A stretch of 64,000 nucleotides of DNA from Nemertoderma westbladi (lineage: Eukaryota > Animalia > Xenacoelomorpha). The translations under genes and the position numbers were made by a program. Each line of letters begins with the position of its first letter. The first letter of the stretch is position 1. Positions 56,998 through 64,000 of the stretch are shown here, one piece after another. The DNA lies in contig JAUCBJ010003548.1 in NCBI GenBank assembly GCA_032718475.1, positions 1 to 64,000 of the forward strand, in the 5' to 3' direction. The notes beneath the pieces are model-generated. The model saw only the letters and a list, made by a program, of their open reading frames with translations. It did not search any database and was not told the origin of the DNA.

Positions 56998-57743
56998 GTT
57001 ATAAATTCCCTAATCACAATGCAATACCGTAGCCTATATTTATATGTTGCTCAGCAGCTTACCATTCCTGGCATTACTTTGCCTACACACAACCAACCTT
57101 TTTTACTAGGTAATTTTTATCCGTTTTCTCTTTAATTATTGTTCTATAACAATTATCTTTTGTTCTAGAACTTTTTTTTATTGAAAAATGAAAAAAATGT
57201 AAACATATTTTGAATGGTTTCTTTATGAGGTACTGTACGTGTGCTATTTTGCGATTTAATAAATATTTGTTTAGATAATTTGCCTAAAGTCGCCTGTCTG
57301 CCTGTTAAATCGTTAAACTAATTAATTATTTCGGTATGTACATCTTTCTAATTAGTTCACTGAAGTTTAGAAAGGGTCTAGTTTTGAACAAATACAACAC
57401 TTGGGTATATTCAATATAATCAAGTTTTGTAGAAAATTTACCAACATTTCATATATACTGGGATCTGGATTACATACTGATTGTCTCTTAATGATCTTGT
57501 AATGAATTCAAATCCCAAATATTATATAGAATAAAATATCATTAAGTGTGAATTAACTAAACAAAACAAAACCAGTAACTATTATTAATGTCAGAAATAA
57601 ATCACCCCACCAAAATTAATAATCGTAATAAGATCACGTGAAATTTGAAACAAAGAGATTGCAGAGAAACAGAGAATATATTTTGTATTGTAATTGTGGA
57701 CGCCATTTTAATATTAATTAATTCAAAATATTTCTTTATTCAG

Positions 57744-59758
57744 ATATGTTTACATTAGAAGCTGGGGGTAACACTACTTTTGACTACAACGGCCAACGAC
57801 TTAGCCAACCCATTCCAATGGAATACAGATATGGAGAGCACGGGGAACCACTTCCATTTATGCCACCCCCCTCCGAATATATGATGGCCAATTACGCCGG
57901 ACATATGACGCCACAACAGTTCCAGTTTGCGCAGATGCAGATGGGAATACCGGGGGACATTCACATGTTTGATGGGATGATGGGTGGTCGACCCCGAACC
58001 TTTAAAGAACACAAAAAGATGTATAAACATCGACCGAAGCAGAGAATGGCAGCCGATATTATACAATGCGTCGATGAGGACAATGGGCAAACAATCCAGG
58101 TGATCCTCAATCCCAAAGTCCTTGGGGAGGACCATCCCGCAAATGAACCCGTAAACCTGAAACCGAGGAAGAAGCAGAAAAAAACAAACAATGAGAATCA
58201 AGATAAATTAAGTAGTGAGGGAGAGAAACAAGAAAAGCAATCAAGAAAACGAGTGTCTAGAAACCGAAACGAGGTGAACAAAAAGGAAGAAAATGATAAT
58301 GAGAAGAGCACTGAAAGTAAATCAGAACCTATTCCAAAGAAAAAGAAAGGAAGGCCAAAGAAAACACAACCGCTTCCAGTGAAAGCGAAGAAAGGAGATG
58401 ATGTGAAGGATTTGGATAATATCGGTGATTACATTCCCGATGACGGGAAGAAGGTTGATGACCGCATAACTGATGATGCAAACAAGTCTCAGCCTTGTTT
58501 AGTTACTGCAGGGGGAGCAGTAGAGACAGAGGAATCTGTTGTTGTCGGCAATATAGTTTACAGTGACAGCGATGATGAACCGATTAGTAGGCTGCTAATA
58601 AAGACAAGGTCGATGGCAAGAAGGAAACGTAAAGCAACTAATCCAAGACGGAATGGGGATCGGTGTAAACGCACATTGGAGTTTGGAGGTACGGATGACC
58701 TCTGTGGGGATAATGTCAAGGTAGAAGTGGTAGATATAGAATCAGTGAAGAGATCAGTAGAAGTGGTAGATGTAGAATCATTGAGGAGATCAGTAGAAGT
58801 GGTAGATGTCGAATCAGTGAAGAGATCAGCAGAAGTGGTAGATGTAGAATCAGTAGAAGTGGTAGATGTCGAATCAGTGAAGAGATCAGTAGAAGTGGTA
58901 GATGTCGAATCAGTGAAGAGATCATTAGAAGTGGTAGATGTAGAATCACTTATGAGATCAGTAGAAGTGGTCGAATTGGTGCAAGAATCGATAGAATATG
59001 AGAGGGAATCAAAGGATGACACGAAAGCCCACAATGCAGAAAGACCTGTGGACAATGTAAATGAAACTACAGAACCGGTTGCTACAGCTGAACTGGATCC
59101 AAATGTTGTTGAACAGGGTTCTGTTAACGAACCAATACAATATAAGGTTTTGGAAGAAGAGCCCCAGAAACTAGACAATGGAGAACAAGTGGATATTAAC
59201 GAGGATGAGATTGTTGATGAAGAGGTTACTGATACAGAGGAGGAGGAGGATGATAGTGATGGTGATTCTGTGGGAGTCCTACAGCCACCAAGCAACCCCT
59301 GGGGGAGTCTGGATATCTCTCTACCTGTTATTGTTCGTAAGAACGCACCCCGTCGCTCACAGTGGGGCACCTGGATGGCCAACCTGCCCCTCCCACCACC
59401 AAGCGTCCAACAGGAAACCAACAACACCCCTCAACATGAGTTCATAGAGCAGGGCTACAACTACGGGGAACAGACCAACGAATGTAGCGAGGCCCAGCAT
59501 TGGTCAGCGACAGGACCCGATCCTACGAAGCCAACGGGTGCAGAAGCCATCCCCCCATGGGGGGGCTGGGAGTACCAGAGCAGTAGTCACACCGGCACGA
59601 CCTGCGGCCACGACTGTTTCTGGCGACGGAACAGCAACTTATTGCGGAGTGCCGAGACGCAGGGAGGCAGTGGGGATTGCGCTTATGTGAACCAATTCGA
59701 AAACGTCGAGTCATTAGATAATGACCCTCTAGTATATCTTTACAACGATAATAATTAG
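57744..59758 (+). CDS. Exon 2 of an uncharacterised protein (about 728 aa with exon 1): M/P/Q-rich N-terminus, basic region with AT-hook-like KKGRPKK, VEVVDVESVKRS repeats, acidic tract
   Basis: 2-kb open frame in AT-rich DNA with a good acceptor; no family recognised. Confidence 0.75.
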
Positions 59759-60241
59759 ATTAATTTTATTGTAAATAGCTAATTGCCATAATATGCTGAA
59801 CTCGTAGATATGTTGATAGAGATAGAGTTTAAAGGGGTTGTTTATTATTATTTTTTCCTTTAGTAACATGTTAATTTGATTCCAACTTAATTATAACTAT
59901 AAAAATATTATTTATTTCCTGCTAAATATAATTTCCTATTTATTGACGTATTTTACATATTAGATAGTAATATTTTTTAGGGAACTATGGACAGGACATA
60001 TAACCTCATACTGTAATTGGAGCCATACTTTGTTATTAGCTAGAAGTAGGATTAACATTCGAACCCTAAATAAATTGGTGTAGGCCTACTTAAAATATGT
60101 AGGTTGTTTATTGGTATAATATATATGGCTCCTGCTTTCGATTTTAACTTTGTTTCAGATTTTCAATAAATTGTGCTAAATTATAATTTGATTTTATTGA
60201 GACACCAATTTGACGATATATTTTATATATTGTTTCTAGAC

Positions 60242-60318
60242 GGGGTGGGGTGGGGTGGGGTGGGGTGGGGTGGGGTGGGGTGGGGTGGGGTGGGGTGGGG
60301 GGGGGGGGGGGGGGGGGG
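60242..60318 (+). repeat. (GGGGT)n plus poly-G tract
   Basis: Directly visible; G-quadruplex-prone. Confidence 0.9.
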
Positions 60319-60789
60319 TCGCTTCGCAAACTAATATCTCGCCCCGGAGAATTAGCAATGCATTAAGTGCTATATGCAACAGTTGCACGTTATCCTAAGT
60401 TTCCTAACCAAAACAATAAAGAAAAGTCAGACGATTTCCCTTGGAGAGGGCTCCATTTTGATTGCGTCAAGTAGATCCACCTATCCGCTATCCGTTTATG
60501 TTGGGTCAAAATCAATTGAGTCAAATCCATAATATAGAGCTTATTACAGTAGGTGAGAACGTGAAATAAAGTTAAATAATTAACGTAACGTAAAAAGTGT
60601 ATACACGGAAGGACAGCATATATAATACTACCACTATACGTTCAGTTTTGGTAAATTTCCAAAATTATATTAATATATATAAAGTATCAATCTTATGGGC
60701 TTTGCGAGCCAACATTATGGACAAAATCACAATAAAATTACAATTTTATACTTAAAACGAGTATTAGTCATGTTTACCAATGATTGCAA

Positions 60790-61050
60790 ATGGATCGTTT
60801 TATATTGTCGGTTTTATGTTTTCTAACTGTTATACTTAGCCAAGCGGTAATATTTTACAGAATTCATTGCCTAACCGAAGTAATAAACAATCTCGAGTTA
60901 CACAAAACAATCCATAAAGATTTAATAACTGCGTTGAATAACGACCTGATATTCCTCGAAGAACAGCTCAAAGAATTCGAAGTTCGCGTTGGAAATCGTC
61001 ATCGAATAATGAACGATAGTTTACATAAATTAATTAACAATAAACAATAA
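60790..61050 (+). CDS. Possible small membrane-anchored coiled-coil protein (86 aa)
   Basis: Hydrophobic N-terminus (FILSVLCFLTVILSQAVIFY), heptad-like helix, AATAAA at the stop; no homology recognised. Confidence 0.3.
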   Translation: MDRFILSVLCFLTVILSQAVIFYRIHCLTEVINNLELHKTIHKDLITALNNDLIFLEEQLKEFEVRVGNRHRIMNDSLHKLINNKQ

Positions 61051-61947
61051 AACTTATTAGCGGTAATTTAATTTGATTTTCAATTAAACTCTTGACGATG
61101 GCGGTTATATAAAAAGGGTTTGGTTTTGGTAATGTCACAAAGTAGTGAAAAGGTTAAAAACTTCGATTCTAAGTTGAGTGTTTCAGTTCGCTTCGCATTT
61201 GCCACCTTCCAAAAATAAATACTATTTTATATGGAAAAAACAAGAAAGCCATCTTACTTCGATTTTAAATTACAGAGCGGTTCGAGTTGAATAAAAACCG
61301 AGAGGTTGTAAAGTGATAATAGGGGGAGGGGACTCCGGGACAATTACTTTTCTCATGTAATTCGTAATTTTATTCTTACTTAAATGGGGGCAGGCAACGA
61401 AACAAAGCCAAATTACTCCAACAGCCATAGTGTCATTGAGCAGTCAGGGAAGGAAAATTATTCACCGGCCACCATATCTATTCAAAACAGGAGCCTTATA
61501 ATAATAATACAAGGTCGTACACAGGTTGTGAAACTCCTGGCGAAGGCAGTGGGCGTCTAGTTTTAAGCGGCGGGGTTGCAGGATTGCTACCGTAATTATA
61601 GACCATTGCTTATGTGCGAAGCGGAATATATAACATTGTGCAGGTTCACCTGTGTAACATACAACACAGCCTCCACTGCACCACGGAAAAGTCACATCCT
61701 TTGATAGATACTAAACTGGTCTGATTCACAGATCCTCTCTTCTCAGCGCGTTTGAGGGCAGACCATACATATATCCCATTATTCACCCATTACTCCAATC
61801 TTCTATCTAGTTCTGTGTTTCTAATAGAGTTTATTAGAAATTGTATATGTGTTTAACATCCATAGATTGTATAAATTAATAAGTAATTAAACAGGACTAA
61901 GGATGATCCAACGCTATAGCAAATGGAGCGGAAAAAATGAATTCGAC

Positions 61948-62016
61948 ACCAGCGGGGATCGAACCCGCGTCTCCCGATAAACGTTCAGGTATGCTAACCA
62001 CTACACCACGGAGGTA
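61948..62016 (-). pseudogene. tRNA-like sequence (nominal anticodon GTT); further copies near 62930-63000 and partial at 63200-63250 and 63275-63322
   Basis: A box TGGTGTAGTGG, B box GGTTCGATCC, T stem GCGGG/CCCGC, anticodon stem CCTGA/TCGGG, TTTTTT downstream; acceptor stem mispaired and anticodon loop lacks U33. Confidence 0.6.
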
Positions 62017-62230
62017 CCTGCATCTTTCCGATTGATTTGCTATAGGTGGTAAACTACCTTACGGTTGCTATTGAATACAGACCTCCTTACGGATGGATTT
62101 AATCTGTATTCTAATACAGTAGCAGTTATGACCTGTACTGCAAACGAATGTTATTGTATATGTGTTTAACATCCATAGATTGTATAAATTATAAGTAATT
62201 AAACAGGACTAAGGATGATCCAACTCTATA

Positions 62231-62901
62231 GGGGCCGTCCAAGTATGACGTCAGCACTTTAGGGGGGGGAGGGGGGTTGGGAAAATCTGATGACGTGCTG
62301 ATGAGGGGAGGGGAGGGGGTCAGCCAAAATCTGACGTCAGCATGTTCATTTATAGGTGCTAGAAGAGATATAGCAGAAGAGTAAATAGCTTGCCTATTTT
62401 AATTGTTCGAAGCCCCCGAAGGCCCTTAGCACGACCTTCTGTTTCAGTTACCAGTCACCATGTTTCAGTGATTAGGACGCGTGCTACTGGGGTACTGAGG
62501 TACTGGGGTTCGCCTGAAAATCAAACATTAATCCTAAGCTAATGATTGTTAAAGACTGCAGTACTGGTTCATTTAGGCCTATTATTAGCTTGTTTGTTTA
62601 TTATCATTCATAAACTGCTGTCGCATCAGGTAGAAGTATGTAAACGATAGGCTATCCTACTACAACTCTATACCTTCCTATATAGATAAGCTATGTAACT
62701 ACAGCCAGCCCCCGTGCACCCCCCCCTCCAATGCAATATTATACCTTTATCCTGCTGATAATAGTTTATTACAAATTTTTTTTTAATCTGATTTAGGGGG
62801 GGGGGGGGGGGGGTCAACGCCTATCTGATGACATCTGATTTAGGGGAGGGAGGGGGTCAACATTTTGGGGAAAAGTGCAGACGTCATACTTGGACGGCCC
62901 C
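62231..62901. mobile_element. MITE (671 bp), PIF/Harbinger-like
   Basis: About 30-bp TIRs GGGGCCGTCCAAGTATGACGTC.GCACTTT; 3-bp TSD ATA (62228-62230 and 62902-62904); the empty site CTCTATAGCAAATGG is visible in the next unit. Confidence 0.85.
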
Positions 62902-64000
62902 ATAGCAAATGGAGCGGAAAAAATGAATTCGCCACCAGCGGGGATTGAACCCGCGTCTCCCGATAAACGTTCAGGTATGCTAACCACTACACCACGGGGG
63001 TTACGGTTGCTATTGAATACAGTCCTCCTTACGGATGGATTTAATCTGTATTCTAATACAGTAGCAGTTATGACCTGTACTGCAAACGAATGTTATTGTA
63101 TATGTGTTTAACATCCATAGATTGTATAAATTAATAAGTAATTAAACAGGACTAAGGATGATCCAACTCTATAGCAAATGGAGCGGAAAAAATGAATTCG
63201 CCACCAGCGGGGATTGAACCCGCGTCTCCCGATAAACGTTCAGGTATGCTAACCTATTAGGTAACCGTTCAGGTATACCTGAACGTTTATCGGGAGACGC
63301 GGGTTCAATCCCCGCTGGTGGCGAATTCATTTTTTCCGCTCCATTTGCTATAGAGTTGGATCATCCTTAGTCCTGTTTAATTACTTATTAGTTTATTAGA
63401 AATGTTTTCAATTTTTATTTTTACTTTGGATATTGTCCCCTCTCTCCTCATCTGCCTTCCTCTCACTCCCCAAACCCTCTTGATTTTAATTTTGTACCCC
63501 TTTTCCGATTTTTTCACCGAATCTCTGATCAGGGGAGGGGGTGCTTTAGTCTCCTCCTCATGGCGTACTATAATTATTGAGTAAGAGCGGGCTTCGTGGT
63601 GGTGGGAGATTTGAATAGGCTACTATAAAGCCAGGCATCTATAAAGTCTGAAAGCAAGTTCGAAAGGCCTATATAGGACAGAACCTACCAGTATTGTGCA
63701 TTCATTCTTCCAGCAGTTTTTTTTAATTTTTCCCTCGGCAGTACTATCAGACTATGGCATATAATTTAAGTTTACATAAGTTGGCTGGCGAGAGGCGAGT
63801 GGCGACCACCATTCCACTCGCTACGCGATCTTGGTTGTCTTCCTGGCTTTCTTTCTCTTTCTGTTTTTACTAACTATTTTAGTACCAGGCAGCCGGCAGC
63901 CGGGTAGTCCCATATATCTTTCTTCTCTTGTTTAGCAATCTTAGGCCTACTTATTTTGTTGGTTGGGTGATAAAATTATTTTATTGTGTATACAAGTTTG

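Larger units (their letters stand above)
61842..63389. mobile_element. Composite insertion: tandem 270-310-bp tRNA-like units plus a terminal inverted segment, flanked by a 14-bp direct repeat
   Basis: AGTTTATTAGAAAT at 61828-61841 and 63390-63403; units start at about 61841, 62154 and 63096; inverted arm 63275-63390. Confidence 0.75.

Noticed and set aside
58558-59427. 289-aa Ser/Thr-rich minus-strand ORF
   Set aside because: Antisense shadow of the acidic repetitive plus-strand ORF.
61440-61760. Possible LINE endonuclease relic (HCLRQEF resembles a YLPREF-type motif)
   Set aside because: Too degraded to support without a profile search.
61948-63322. Functional tRNA-Asn(GTT) gene cluster
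   Set aside because: Acceptor stem mispaired, anticodon loop non-canonical, and copies lie within a TSD-flanked repeat.
61842-63389. Hammerhead retrozyme
   Set aside because: No CTGANGA...GAAA core with supporting helices found by eye in the repeat unit.

Overview
AT-rich animal (probably invertebrate) genomic DNA. The backbone is a partial minus-strand megalin/LRP2-like gene: 20 exons from 55495 down to 6119 join in frame through GT-AG introns (2 LDLa, 2 EGF, YWTD, EGF, YWTD, EGF, 8 LDLa, 2 EGF, start of YWTD). Neither start nor stop is in the window. Its introns host five housekeeping genes with intronless CDS (TBCA, NTAN1, MOSMO, ALG8, an M16 peptidase), and probably a two-exon low-complexity gene at 56.8-59.8 kb. 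Two things stand out. (1) The large intronic satellites (55, 51, 29 and 28 bp units) are amplified copies of the gene's own splice donors and acceptors. (2) A young, intact 15.66-kb BEL/Pao LTR retrotransposon sits in one of them (1245-bp LTRs, GTTTA target duplication). It has no tRNA-type primer-binding site; the 12 nt at that position are instead perfectly complementary to a 12-mer inside its own LTR, suggesting tRNA-independent self-priming. The window also has a 14-bp-TSD-flanked tandem and inverted tRNA-like insertion, a decayed RTE LINE and several MITEs. All coordinates and family calls were read by eye; no searches were run.
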